From NCBI RefSeq assembly GCF_963921235.1, contig NC_086098.1, positions 6,200,001 to 6,264,000 of the forward strand: DNA of 64,000 nt, in the 5' to 3' direction. Shown in pieces: positions 12,575-25,916 of the stretch; position 1 is the stretch's first letter, and the number at the start of each line of letters is the position of its first letter. A program made the position numbers and the translations under genes. Under the pieces are notes generated by a model. The model made no database searches, was not told the origin of the DNA, and saw nothing but the letters and a program-made list of their open reading frames with translations. This DNA comes from Mobula hypostoma (taxonomy: Eukaryota).

Positions 12575-14140
12575 ATGCTGCCATTGGTAAGGAGGTACAG
12601 GAGCCATAGGTCCTCCACCATCAGTTTTAGAAATGGTTATTACCCTTCAACCATTAGACTCCTGAACTAGTGCACACAACTTCACTCAAATGCAAAGTAA
12701 ATATATTATCAAATTTCATATATGTCACCATATGCAACCCTGACAGGCATATTCAATAAATCCATAATAGGATAATAACCATAATAACCACCGTGGGCAT
12801 TTAACCAGTGTGCAAAACTGTGCAAATCCAAAAACAAAGAAAAAATAATAAATAAATAAATAAGCAATAGATATCAAAATATGAGATGAGGAGACCTTAA
12901 AAGTGAGTCCAGCAGTTGTGGGGACAGTTCAATGATGGGGCAAGTGAAGTTGAGTGAAGTTTTTCCTCTGGTTCAAATGCCTGATGTTTGAGAGGTAATA
13001 ACCTTTCTTAAACCTTTCAGTGTGAGTCCTGAATCTCCTGTATCTTCTTCCTCACAACACTCTGGAGGAACTCAGCAGGTCGGGCAGCATCGGTGGAAAA
13101 GAACAGTCAATATTTCAGGCCGGAATCCTTCCTCAAGCCCTTTTCTCACTGTTACCATCAGGTAGGAGATACAGAAGCCTGAAGGCACACACTCAGTGAT
13201 TCAGGAACAGCTTCTTCCCCTCTGCCATCCGATTCCTAAATGGACATTGAACCCTTGAACCCTTGAGTCCTGACGAAGGGTGCCGGCCTGAAACGCTGAC
13301 TGTTCTTTTCCACGGATGCTGCCTGACCTGCTGAGTTCCTCCAGCGTGTTGTGAGTGTTGCTTTGACCCCAGCATCTGCAGATTATTTTGTGTATGTATC
13401 TTCTTCCTGATGTCAACAGTGTGAAAAGGGCATAAGCTGGGTAGTAGGGGACAATGGATGCTGATTTCCTGCGACAACACTCAGTGTAGGTGTGCTCAAT
13501 GGTGGGGAGGGCTTTACATGGACTGGGCCATATCCACTACTTTCTTGCAGGAATATCTGTTCAAGGGCATTGGTGTTTCCATATCAGGCTGTGATGAAGC
13601 CAGTCAATATACTCTCCACCATACATCTATACACATTTATCAAGGTTTTAGATGTCCTGCTAAATCTTCACGAGCTCCTAAAGAATTAAAGGAGCTGTTC
13701 TTTCTTTGCAATTGCTGGGCTGAGGACAAGTCCCTTGAAATGATATCATCAAGGAATTTAAAGTTGCTGATCCTCTCCTCCTCTGATCCTTCAATGAGGA
13801 CTGGCTCATGAACCTTTGGTTTTCTCACTCTGAAGTCAATAAACAGCTCCTTGGTCTTGCTGACATTCAGTAAGAGGTAAAGTTATGACACTACTCAGCC
13901 AGAATTTCAGTCTTCACAGTAGTGTCATCAGCAAACTTGAATATAGCATTGGAACTGTGCTTCGCCACACAGTGTGAAGTGAGTAGAGCAGGGGGCTAAG
14001 CACACAGCCTTATAATGCACCTGTGCTGATGCAGATCATGGAGGAGATGTTGCTGCCAATCTGAACTGACTGGGGTCTGCAAGTGAGGAAATCGATGATC
14101 CAACTGCACAAGGGGGTATTGAGGCCAAGGTGTTGAGCTT
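12575..14140. mobile_element. Mosaic of Rex1/Babar fragments with two opposed Penelope tails (13055-13137 minus, 13266-13395 plus)
   Basis: EPVLIEGSE..FKFL translation on the minus strand; Penelope tail motifs on both strands. Confidence 0.7.
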
Positions 14141-14149
14141 ATCCAGAGA

Positions 14150-14835
14150 CCTGAGAGAGGCTTTTGAAGAATCACTTGATTCTAGCATTGTCACAGAGGA
14201 CTGGAAGATTGTAAATGTCACTTCACCCTTTAAGAAGGGAGGAAGGCAAAAGAGAAAAAAAAAGAAATTACAGTTAGCCTACTCTCAGTGGTTGGGAAAG
14301 TATTAGAGTTTATTATTAAGGATGAGGATTCAGGATAATGCATGCATTTCTAAATGACAATAAACGAGGACTGAGTGTTCTCATAATCTAAAAAAAACCT
14401 GCACAGCAGCTTTGAGTGTACTATGGACTCGGCCCCCAAGTTCCCTCTGATCCTGCATAGTGCCAAGAACCTTACCATTCATACTATATTCTGCCATCAT
14501 ATTTGACCTACCAGAATGAACCACCTCACACTTATCTGGGTTGAACTTCATCTGCCACTTCTCAGCCCAGTTTTGCATCCTATCAATGCCCCGCTGTAAC
14601 CTCTGACAACCCTCCACACTATCCACAACACCTCCAACCTCTGTCATCATCAAATTTACTAACCCATCCCTCCGCTTCCTCATCCAGGTCATTTATAAAA
14701 ATCACAAAGAGAAGTGGTCCCAGAACAGATCCCTGAGGCACACCACTGGTTACCGGCCTCCATGCAGAATGGCAGAACAGACTCGATGGGCTGAATGGCC
14801 TAATTCCACTCCAATGTATTTTGGTTTTATGGTCT
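14150..14835. mobile_element. CR1 RT fragments on both strands, with a short poly(A)-ended tail (14335-14398) shared with the element at 48345-49015
   Basis: QNWAEKWQMKFNPDKC; tail ATGCATTTCTAAATGACAATAAA..CTCATAATCTAAAAAAAA. Confidence 0.75.
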
Positions 14836-15639
14836 TACCTGCAATCTGCTGAGGGCTAGATCAGAGTCATTCAAGTCTGGTACGATCTCTGGAAAGCCAG
14901 TGTGCATTAGCCTCTGCCTGTATGCAGGAAGGAGAAAGACATCCAAGTACTGTGATTTCCCAAAATGTGATCTGGGCATTTCTGAGCTTTACACTGATCT
15001 GATTTCATGACCGATGGCGAACTACAACTCATGTTCTTAGTTTGTATTTTTATTTATTTGTTTATTTGTTTCTTTATTTACTATTGCACAGCTTATTACT
15101 GTTCTGTTGTATTTGCACAGATTTCCTTTTGTCACTGGTTGTCAGTCGTTGTCTGACTGCAGGTTTTCATTGATTCTGTGGTACTTCTTTGTTCTATTGT
15201 GAATGCCTGCAAGAACATGAAGTATACGCTGACAGCACGTACTTGGATAATAAATTTACTTTAAACTTTGAACTTTACAAAGGGCTTTGCCCATCACATA
15301 GATAACATTGTAACATATCAGAAATTTAAAACCAACCAAGACTTCCATGAAGATTACTCACAAGTTCCTGGCCGGTTACCAAATGTCTGTAATTTGAATA
15401 GCAAATATGTGCAAATTACCATTAATAAACCTTGGTTATTGTGTATAGACAGTGTGTTTTGATTTTATAAAAGTATCTTATTTGAGCAGTGCATTTTGTG
15501 GTCATATACACTCTGCAATAACTACTTTGGGTGCCAAAGGTGAAAACTTGGTTGCAGTCTGGTGTCTGGATTCAGTATTGGTCATAAATGTCATTTTCCC
15601 ATATAAAACAACCCACTGTCGAGATCAAATGCATCACTG

Positions 15640-17740
15640 ATGTTGGGCAAGACTAGAACTAGTGGTCACAGTTTAAAGGTGAAACGTGAAGGTTTTAAGG
15701 GGAAGCTGAGGGAGAAGCTTTTCATGCAGGAGGTGATAAGAGTGTGGAATGAGCTGCCAGCACAAGTGGTGTATGTGGGTTCAATGCAATACTTAAGAGA
15801 AGTTAGGATGAGTGCATGGGACAAGTATGGAAGGCTGTAGCTCAGAAGTGGTTTGATGGAACTAGGCAAAATAACAGCTTGACATGGACGGAATGGGCCT
15901 AAGACCTATTTCCATGTTATGGTGCTCTATGTCTGAACCAAAGCGACATCAACTTCATGGACTCTATACAGACTACAGAGGAGGAGTTGTTTGCTGTCTT
16001 GTTGCACATCAGGGTGGGAAAACCCCCAGGGCCTGACAAGGTGTTCCCTCGGACCCTGTGGGAGGTAAGTGCAAAAATTGCCGGGGCCCTAGCAGAAAGG
16101 TTTAAATCATCCTTAGTGACAGGTGAGGTACTGGAGGATTGGATGATAGCTGCTGTTGTTCTGCTATTTAAGAAAAGCTCTAAAAATAAACCAGGTAAAT
16201 CTGACATCAGTAGTGGAAAAGTTATTGGCAAGTATCTAAGGGACCAGATATTTGAATAGCATGGACTGACCAGTGATGGTCAGCATGGCTTTATGCCATG
16301 CAGGTCATGTCTAACCAAATTTATAGTGTTTTTTTGAGGAAGTTACCAGAAAAATTGATGATGGCAAGGTAGTGAATGTTGTCACCATAGACCTTATCAA
16401 GGCATTGACATGGACCTGCATAGGAGGTTAGTCCCACACATGAGGTTGCTCAAGAAAGGTTCAGTTGCTCAATATTCAAGATATGGAATGCACTGCCTGA
16501 GTCAGTGGTGGAGGCAGATACACTCGTGAAGTTTAAGAGACTACTAGACAGGTATATGGAGGAATCTAAGGTGGGGGCTTATATGGGAGGCAGGGTTTGA
16601 GGGTCGGCACAACATTGTGGGCCAAAGGGCCTGTACTGTTCTATGTTCTATGTTCTAAGATGAGGTAGTAAATTGGATTAGACATTGGTTTTGTGCGAGA
16701 AGCCAGAGAATAACCCTCTGGCTGGAGACATGTGACTAGTGGTGTGCTGCAGGGATCGGTGCCAGGTCCATTGCTGTTTGTCATCTATATCAACGATCGG
16801 GAGATTAATGTGGTTAATTGGATCAGCAAATTTATGGATGACACCAAGATTGGGGGTGTAGTGGACAGCGAGCAAGGCTATCATGGTGTGTAGCAGGATC
16901 AGGAACAGCTGGAAAAATGGGTTAAAAAATGGCAAATGGAATTTAATGCAGACAAGTGTGACATTTTGCACTTTGGTAGGACCAGCCAGGGTAGGTCTTA
17001 CACAGTGAACAGCAAGGCACTGAGAAGTGTGGTAGAACAAAATGATCTGGGAATACAGGTCCATAATACATTGAAAGTGGTGTCACAGGTAGATAAAATC
17101 ATAAAGAAAGTGTTTGTCAGAAGGACCTTCATAAATCAATGTATTGAGTACAGAGGATGAGATGTTTTGTTGAAGTTGTATAAGACATCAGTGAGATCTA
17201 ATTTGGAGTATTGTGAGCAGTTTTGGTCACCTATCTACAGGAAAGATTTAAATAAAGTTGAAAGAGTACAAAGAAAATTTACACGGATGTTGCCAGGACT
17301 GGAGGACCTGATTTATATGGAAAGATTGACTAGATTAGGACTTTTTTCCTTGGAATGTAGAAAATTAAGGGGATAGAGGTATACAAAATTATGAGGGGTA
17401 TAGATAGGTTAAACATAAGCAAGCTTTTTCCACTGAGGTTGGGTGGAACTAAAACTGGAGGTCATGGGTTAAGAATGAAAGGTGCAAAGTTTAAGGGGAA
17501 CATGAGGGGAAACTTCTTTATCAGAGGGTGATGAGGGTGCAATGAGTTGCCAGCACAAGTGGTACATGCAGGTTTGATTTCAACATTTAAGAGAAATTTG
17601 GATAAGTAGATGGCAGGGAAGGGTATGGTGGGCTATGGTATGGGTGCAAGTCAATGAGACTTGGCAGTTTAAATGGCTTGGCATAGACTAGATGGGCTGA
17701 AGGGCCTGTTTCTGTACTGTACTTTTCTATGATTCTGTGG
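15640..17740 (+). mobile_element. CR1 mosaic containing a nested young CR1 3' end (16483-16656)
   Basis: KPPGPDKVFPR, MEFNADKC, NLEYCEQFWSP; the nested piece is nearly identical to 9628-9800 and is flanked by AAGAT on both sides. Confidence 0.85.
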
Positions 17741-18789
17741 TTATTACTGGAGGATATTTGCAGCAAGCCTGATTTATATAATAAAAAGCTAAATAGAATC
17801 TAACTGTTCAGGAAAATTGTTTGCAGAATTTAATAATTTGTCACTCCTGTCCATATTTTGAAACCTAATTAGATCACAGTACATTCAGGATGATAAGTAC
17901 GAGCTGATATCATTTATGGCAAGATTTGGAAATAGCAATAAGAGTATTTTGATTTGCTGCAAATTGGTGTTATATTTACCAGACCGCTCAGCAACCAGAA
18001 GAGTAGGTTAATATTCTTGTTAATTTTGAGAAACGTACCACTACTGTCATTTCCAAATTGATAGTAAACAGCACAGGCTTTTGGCTGCTCATTATAATGA
18101 AAATGCAGATATATTGAAACATCTGCTTGATACTTTGGCATCAGTTTAAAACATTTTTTTCTTCTTCTTTTGCCCACCACATGACTGCATCGCAGAATCA
18201 CTGGATGAAGGATTCTATTTCTGTTCTGCAAAAAAAAATCTTATTGTCGCTGCTTTTTCTCAAAGTGGCAAGAGACATATAATATTTTTTTCACGATACA
18301 TCCATTTCGAAATGTGTCTTGAATGTTCCAAAAAGCAAAAGTACATGTGATGATATGTGAAATTATGACATCTGGTGTAGACAGATTAATTTGGTGTTTC
18401 TGCATTGTTATCACTGTGGTTCCAGTGATAGGAATGTATGCATTTTTCATGATTTTAATGACTATTTAAATGTTTGCCTAATATTCTACTTTCATCACTT
18501 TAATTAAAATAAAAATTGGGAAAACTACAAAACTTACTACTGATTTCCTATCACCCAATCTCCACTATTGCATGAAGTCTTCATTTCTCCCTGTGAGCTT
18601 GCCAATCAATTGTGGCATCATGAAGGATTTACAGTAACTAGAGACAAACAAAATTCACTCTGAATAAAAAAATAAAAAAATTAAAGACACTTGCCATTGT
18701 TTTCTAATATTAAAAGCCAATCAGGGGCGTGTTAAGTTTAGTAATTAAAATGAAAAATTGGGAAGCATATTTCTATTGTGTGAAATATT

Positions 18790-19900
18790 ATATGAAGAGC
18801 ACTTGATGGCTCTGGGCCAGTACTCACTGGAATTCAGATGAATGAGGGGTGACCTCATTGAAACCTATCGAACTGTGAAAGGTGTCAATTGAGTGGATGT
18901 AGAGAGGATGTTTCCTACAGCGGAAGAGTCTTGGACCAGAGGGCACAGCCTCAGAATAGAGGGGAGTCCTTTTATAATGGAGCTGAGAAGGAATTTCTTT
19001 AGCCCGAGAGTGGTGAATCTGTGGAATTTGTTACCACAGACAGCTATGGAGGCCAAGTCTTTGTGTATATTTAAAGCAGAGGTTGATAGATTCTTGATTG
19101 GTCAGGGCATGAAGGGGAGAAGGCGGGAGATTGGGGCTGAGAGGAAAATTGGATCAGCCATGATGGAGCAGACTTGATGGACCAATCGGCCTAATTCTGC
19201 TCCTATGTCTTATGGTCTTATAGCCTTATATTTTAAACAGGAAAATAAAACATATCACCTTATCTGGAAGCCTGATAGAGTCATAGAAAAGTACAGCACT
19301 GAAACAGGGCATTCATCCCATCTAGTCTATGCTGAACCGTTTAAACTGCCTGCTCCCATTGACCTGCACCAGGATGATACTCCTACCATCCATGTACCTA
19401 TCCAAACTTCTCTCAAACACTGAAATCAAGCTCGGATACAGGACTTGTTCTGGCAGCTCTCATGCCACACTCTCACCATCATCTGAGTGACAGTCATTAT
19501 AGAAAGGATTTGGAATGTTCAGAGAGGGTGCAGAGGAGGTGTAACAGGATGCTCTTTGGATCAGAGAGCATGTCTTACGACAAAGGAGGATGAGCAATGA
19601 CTTGATTGAGGTGTACAAGATGATAAGAGGCATAGATCAAGTGGATAGCCAGAGATTTCTTTTCCCAGGATGTAAATGGCTAGTATGAGAGGGCAAAATT
19701 TTGATGTGATTGGATGAAAGTTTAGGAGGGATATTAGAGGTATGTTTCTTACACAGAGAGTCGTGAATGTATGTAGCAACCTGCCAGGGGTGCCAGTAGA
19801 GCCAGATATATTAGGCACATTTAAGAAACTCTTAGATAGGCACACAATGATAGAAATGGAGCACTGTTGTGGGAGAAAAGGGTTAGATTGTTCTTCGAGT
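18790..19900. mobile_element. CR1 3' end fragments (plus 18790-19220, minus about 19275-19490, plus 19500-19890)
   Basis: RGHSLRIEG..RNFFSPRVVNLWN; MFLTQRVVN. Confidence 0.8.
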
Positions 19901-21290
19901 ATCAGAATCAGAATATCAGCATACGTTGTGAAATTTGTTTTTATATATATGAAATAGTACAATTAAGTAAGTAGTGCAAAAAAGTAGTGAGTTAGTGTTC
20001 ATGGGTTCAATGTCCATTCAGAAATAGGATAACAGAGAGGAAGAAGTTGTTCCTGAGCCGCTGAGTGTATGCCTTCAGACTCCTGTACTTTTTCCCCAGC
20101 AGTGGTAGCAATGAGAAAAGGGCATGTCCTGGGCGACGGGGGTCGTTAATGATGGATGCCAACTTTTTGAGACATCGCTCCCTGAAGGTGTCCTGGATAC
20201 TACGAAGGCTAGTACCCATGATGGAGCTGATTGAGTTCACAACTTTCTGCAGCTTATTTTAATCCTTTGCAGTAGCCGCACCCCACTCCCCCTGTACCAG
20301 ATGGTGATGCATCTGGTTAGAATGCTCTCCATGGTACATCTGTAGAAATTTGTGAGTGTCTCCAGTAACATACCAGCTCTCTTTAAAATCCCAATGAAAT
20401 ATAGCCACTGTTGTGCCTTCTTTGCAATTGCATCAATATATTGGGCCCAGGTTAGGTCCTCAGAGATGTTGACACCCAGGAATTTGAAATTGCTCACTCT
20501 CTCCTTCTGATCCCTCTCTGAAGATTTTTTCAACTTCTCTCATCTTACCTTTTCTGAAGTCTACGATGAGTTAATTTTTCACATTGAGGTGAATTTGTAA
20601 CACAGCAAGCCTAAATTTAATATCTTTAGCAAATCTGCAGAGACTGCAGAAAAAATTATATTTCTTTCTAAACTAACACTTATTCGGCAATGCCCAGGCC
20701 TAAACCTGGGCCTCTGTACCTCCCTCCATGATTGCGTCCTTGACTTTCCCAACAGGAGACCACAGTTACTGTGAATTGGAATAACGTATTCCCCTTGCTG
20801 GCAATTAACAATCATGTACCTTCAGGATGTGTGCTTAGCCCACTGCTCTACTCTCTCCACACCCATGACTGTGTAGCTAGACAGAACAAACAGCTGCAAT
20901 AACTTTGCCAAATGACACAGCTACTGTTGGAATAATTTCAAGTGGTGATGAGGAGCCATACAAGAGCAAGACAGATCAGCTGGTTGAGTGGTGCTACAGC
21001 AATAACCTTGCACTCAATATGAATAAGACCAAGGAACTGATTGAAGTCTGAAGACGCACGCTCAACATTTAGCAACAACTTCTTTCCCTCCATCATCAGA
21101 TTTCTGAACAGCCCATGGACTCCTGGACACTGCTCTCTTTTAGCACAGCTTATTTAGCCTTTTTATATACGTATGGATTCTTATTGTAATTTCTGGTAAT
21201 TTCGTGTATGGAACTGTATTGCTTTCGCAAATTAACAACAAATTTCTGGACATATGTCAGTGATAATAAACCTGATTCTCATTCTCATTC
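19900..21290. mobile_element. Rex1/Babar fragments (minus 19900-20570, plus 20700-21290)
   Basis: FKFLGVNISEDLTW..KKAQQWLYF; AATAAA plus (GATTCT/CATTCT) tails. Confidence 0.8.
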
Positions 21291-21367
21291 TGAGAAATAG
21301 AGTTAACTTTTCAGAACTAAAACTTATTGACCATAACACATAATTTCAAATGTACAGCAAGCTATAG

Positions 21368-21403
21368 AGTCCTGACGAAGGGTCTCGGCCTGAAACGTCG
21401 ACT
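21368..21403 (+). ncRNA. Minimal type-I hammerhead ribozyme motif, intact core, at the start of a ~96-bp Penelope tail insertion (21369-21464)
   Basis: AGTC-CTGACGA-AGGGTCTCGGCCT-GAAACGTC-GACT: stem I AGTC/GACT, CUGANGA and GAAA core, palindromic ACGT stem III, GUC site; imperfect TSD GCTATAGA/GCTAAAGA. Confidence 0.85.
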
Positions 21404-21984
21404 GTACCTCTTCCTAGAGATGCTGCCTGGCCTGCTGTGTTCACCAGCAACTTTGATGTGTGTTGCTAAAGATTGATGCTTGACTATGCATTGAGAGAGA
21501 CCTTCCAATTTAGACACTGTTCCCTACATGATGTCATTCAATACAAATCAACCCACTTTATTCAACTCTCTATCTACCATCAGGTTCAGGAACACATTAC
21601 CCTTCAGGTTCCTGAATCATTTCACCCTACCGCTGAACTGATTCCACAGCTATAAACTCGCTTTCAAGGATTCCACAACTCATTCATGACTTAGTATTAT
21701 TTATTTACTTATTTTTTTTAGTATTTGCAGTTTGTCTGCTTTTCAACATTGTTTGTTTGTCATCTATATATGTAGTTTTCCATTTATTGTATTTCTTTGT
21801 TCTACTGTGAATGCCTTCAGGAAAATGTGCCTCAGGGTAATATTAGGAGACACTGATAACAAGTTATTTTGTTTGAACTTTGAGCTTAGCTGTTAAAGCA
21901 GTCACAGTGTCCATTTTATACAAAACACACTACGGTTACTCACCTCGACAATGCTGATTTTAATTCACAATAAGGCATGATCCT

Positions 21985-23712
21985 GAATGTCTGTAGAGGA
22001 ATGTCTATTGACAGTGGAAAAGTGTGTATGGAACCAGAGGAGATAGTAGAGATACTTAATGAATACTTTGCTTCATATTCACTACGGAAAAGGATCTTGG
22101 CGATTGTAAGGATGACTTGCAGTGGACTGAAAAGCTTGAGCATGCAGATATTAAGGAAGGGGATGTGCTGGAGCTTTTGGAAAGCATCAAGTTGGATAAG
22201 TCACCGGGACCGGATAAGATGTACCCCAGGCTACTGTGGGAGGCGAGGGAGGAGATTGCTGAGCCTCTGGCGATGATCTTTGCATCATCAATGAAGACAG
22301 GAGAGGTTTCGGAGGATTGCAGGGTTGTGGATGTTGTTCCGTTATTCAAGAAAGGGAGTAGGGATAGCCCAGGTAATTATAGACCAGTGAGTCTTACTTC
22401 AGTGGTTGGTAAGTTGATGGAGAAGATCCTGAGAGGCAGGATTTATGAACATTTGGAGAGGCATATGATTAGGAATAGTCAGCATGGCTTTGTGAAAGGC
22501 AGGTTGTGCCTTACGAGCCTGATAGAATTTTTTGAGGATGTGACTAAACACATTGTTGAAGGCAAAGCCATAGATGTAGTGTATATAGATTTTAGCAAGG
22601 CATTTGATAAGGTACCCCATACAAGGCTTATTGAGAAATTAAGGAGGCATTGGATCCAAGGGGACATTGCTTGTGGGTCTAGAACTGGCTTGCCCACAGA
22701 AGGCAAAGAGAGGTTGTAGATGGGTCATATTCTGCATGGAGGTTCATGACCAGTGGTGTGCCTCAGGGATCTGTTCTGGGACCCCTACTCTTTGTCATTT
22801 TTATAAATGACTTGGATGATTAAGTGGATGGATGGGTTAGTAAATTTGCTGATGACACAAAGGTTGGGGGTGTTGTGGATAGTGTGGAGGGCTGTCAGAG
22901 ATTATAATGGAACATTGATAGGATGCAAAACTGGGCTGAGAAATGGCAGATGGAGTTCAACCCTGATTGATAAGTGTGAGGTGGTTCATTTTTGTATGTC
23001 AAATATGATGGCAGAATATAGCATTAGTGGTGAGACTCCTGGCAGAGTGGAGGATCAGAGGGATCTTGGGGTCTGAGTCCATAGGACACTCAAAGTTGTT
23101 ATGCAGGTTGACTCTGTGGTTAAGAAGGCATACGGTGCATTGGCCTTCATCAATCGTAGGACCCTGTTCAGATCCCACTTGGAGTACTGTACTCAATTCT
23201 GGTCTCCTCACTACAGGAAGGACGTGGAAACCATAGAAAGGGTGCAAAGGAGATTTACAAGGATGTTATCTGGATTGGGGAGCATACTTTATGAGGAAAG
23301 TTTGAGTGAACTCTGCCTTTTCTCCATGGAACGATGGAGGATGACTGAGAGAGGTGTACAAGATGATGAGAGGTATTGATCGTATGGATAGTTAGAGGCT
23401 TTTTCCCAGGGCTGAAATGGCTATCACAAGAGGGCACAGTTTTAACGTGCTTGGAAGTAGGTACAGAGACATGTCAGGGGTAGGTTTTTTCACAGACAGT
23501 GGTGAGTGCGTGGAATGGGCTCCCGGCGGCAGTGGTGGAGGCGGAAACAATAAGGTCCTTTAAGAGACTCCTAGATGGGTACATGGAGCTTAGAAAAATA
23601 GAGGGTTATGGGTCAGGCCTAGGTGGTTCTACGGTAAGGACATGTTCGGCACAGCTTTGTGGGCCGAAGGGCCTGTATCGTGCTGTAGGTTTTCTATGTT
23701 CTATGTTTCTAT
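21985..23712 (+). mobile_element. CR1 LINE, 5'-truncated, frameshifted RT
   Basis: KSPGPDKMYPRLL, NYRPVSLTSVVGK, SQHGF, DFSKAFDKVPH; (CTATGTT)n tail. Confidence 0.92.
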
Positions 23713-23964
23713 GAAGAATCCTTCTAGATCTGAGTGTGATGGTATCCCTGAGTCTCCACCCGGACTTGCATGACTGATAGTAGTGAAAACTGAGAGGAAG
23801 CTGCTGACACGATGAAGGAAGCGTTGGGTGTTAACATGAATGACACACCTCACTGTAAGTTTCGATGTACATGTGATGAATAAACTTCAATCTTGAATCT
23901 TGAACCTTCAATTCACTTACCCCCACTTTCAACATCAACCCGGTGGCAGCAGCAAGCATTGCAT

Positions 23965-24145
23965 AGGCCACCTTAGCATAGCAGTTAGCACGACACTATT
24001 ACAGCTTGGGATGGCGGAGTTCAAATTTCAGTTCTAATGCTGAATGTACATCCTCCCCGTGAGCCCTTGGGTTTCCTCCCACATTCCAAAGACAAACGAG
24101 TACGTAGGTTAATTAGTCATTGTAAATTCTCCTGGGATTAGACCT
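23965..24145 (+). mobile_element. Degenerate HE1/V-SINE
   Basis: tRNA-like head and GGTTTCCTCCCACATTCCAAAGAC core. Confidence 0.65.
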
Positions 24146-25916
24146 TAAAACCATAAAATATCGGAGCAGAATTAGGCCATTTGTCCCATCGTCTGCTCTG
24201 CCATTTCAACAAGGCCGGTCTATTTTCCCTCTCAGCTCCAATCTCTTGCCTTCTTCTCATATACCTTCACACCCTGACTAGTCAAGAATCTATCAAACTC
24301 TGCCTTAAATAGACCCAATGACTTGGCTGGCTGTAGAGCCAACGGATTTCGCAGATTCACCACTCACTAGCTAAAGAAATTCCTCATCTACTTTAAAAAA
24401 AATGGAGTATATCCCCCCATTCTGAGGCTATGTCCTCTGCTCCACCATAGGAAACATATTCTGCACATCCACTCTTTCAAGGCTAGGGTTAAATAGTTGG
24501 GTTGATGGGTGGTGTGGCATGAAAAAGCCTGTTCTGTGTTTAATCTCTAAATAAATAAGTAGTAAAACAAATATGACGTCGGAGCAGAATTGGACCATTC
24601 GACTACTGAGCCTGCTCTGCATTCAGTCGTCAAGGGGTTAAACTGAAATAGATCCCTTGTTTCACCTTGAAGCGGCAATGAAAATAAAATCTTTTCAGAT
24701 TTATCCCTTCCCTGCTCATAATCATTTGTCTTAACCTGTGGAGAAAATATCTCCTGTAAAATAAGTGTGCTGATCAATGGATGACAGCCGCACAAATGGT
24801 GATGAAGACATGAGCTTATCTGGAATTGTCAGCGGACGATGTCCGTAGGAGTTTTGGAATTCACTAGGTTTGAGGGATAAGTCTATTTTTCAATCAGTTT
24901 TAATTGACTTTGTGCTGCAGTGCTGTCCTCTCGCACAGACAAGATGAAAAGCAATGCACTGTGGAAGAAATTGAAATGAAATCCTATTCAGCCTGGCTTG
25001 ATTGTGCATTGTCCTTGACTGAATGGTGATTCCTGGGATAATTTCTAATTCCAGTAGGAAAATTTCTTCCTATAACCACCTGCTGTCAGCGGCTTTGTCT
25101 GAGGATCACAGGTTGTTCTGGATGACCAGACCCTGGACACGTCTGAGAGGAATGCAGTCAGTCTCCAGCTGGGATTTAGATCTCTTCATTTTCCTACTGC
25201 TTTCGTATGCCAGGCACGGTGTGAAGCAAGTCAGGGGAGAAAAAAAGCCCTGCCTGCAGCTTAAGAAAGCACAATTTTCTGACGGATGTGAAAGCCAAGG
25301 ACTCACTAAATTCCAGACTCCTCACAGCGTGGTTGCAGAGCGCTTGACATCCGGTTCATCCCAGGAAACAGCGAGAGCAGAACATTCTCTTTTTGAGGAA
25401 CATTCACTCAGTGGCCACTTTATTAGATAACTCCTGAACCTTAAAAAGTGACCACAGAGTGTATGTTTGTGGTCTTCTGTTGCTGTAGCCCAACCACTTC
25501 AGAGTTTGACATGCTGTGCTTTTGGAGATGCTTTTCTGCATACCACTGACGTAACGTGTGGTTATTTGAGTTACTGACACCTTCCTGTCAGATTGAAGCA
25601 GTCTGGTTATTCTCCTCTGACCTCTGTCATTAATAAGGCGTGTTCAGACTCATAACTGGCACTCACTGGATTTTTGTTTGCTTTTCTCACCATTCTCTGT
25701 AAACTCTAGAGAGTGTTGTGTGAGTAAATCCCAGGTGATCAGTAATTTCTAAGATATTCAGACCACCCACTCTGGCACCAACAATTAATCCACTGTCAAA
25801 GTTACTTAGATCACATTTCTTCTCCATTCTGATGTTTGGTCTAAACCACAGCTGAACCTCTTGACCGTATCTGCATGCTTTAATGCAACAAGTTGCTGCC
25901 ACATGATCGGCTGATT

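Noticed and set aside
25023..25430. 135-aa ORF in unique sequence
   Set aside because: No recognisable motif or splice structure; the 3' end runs into a MITE TIR.
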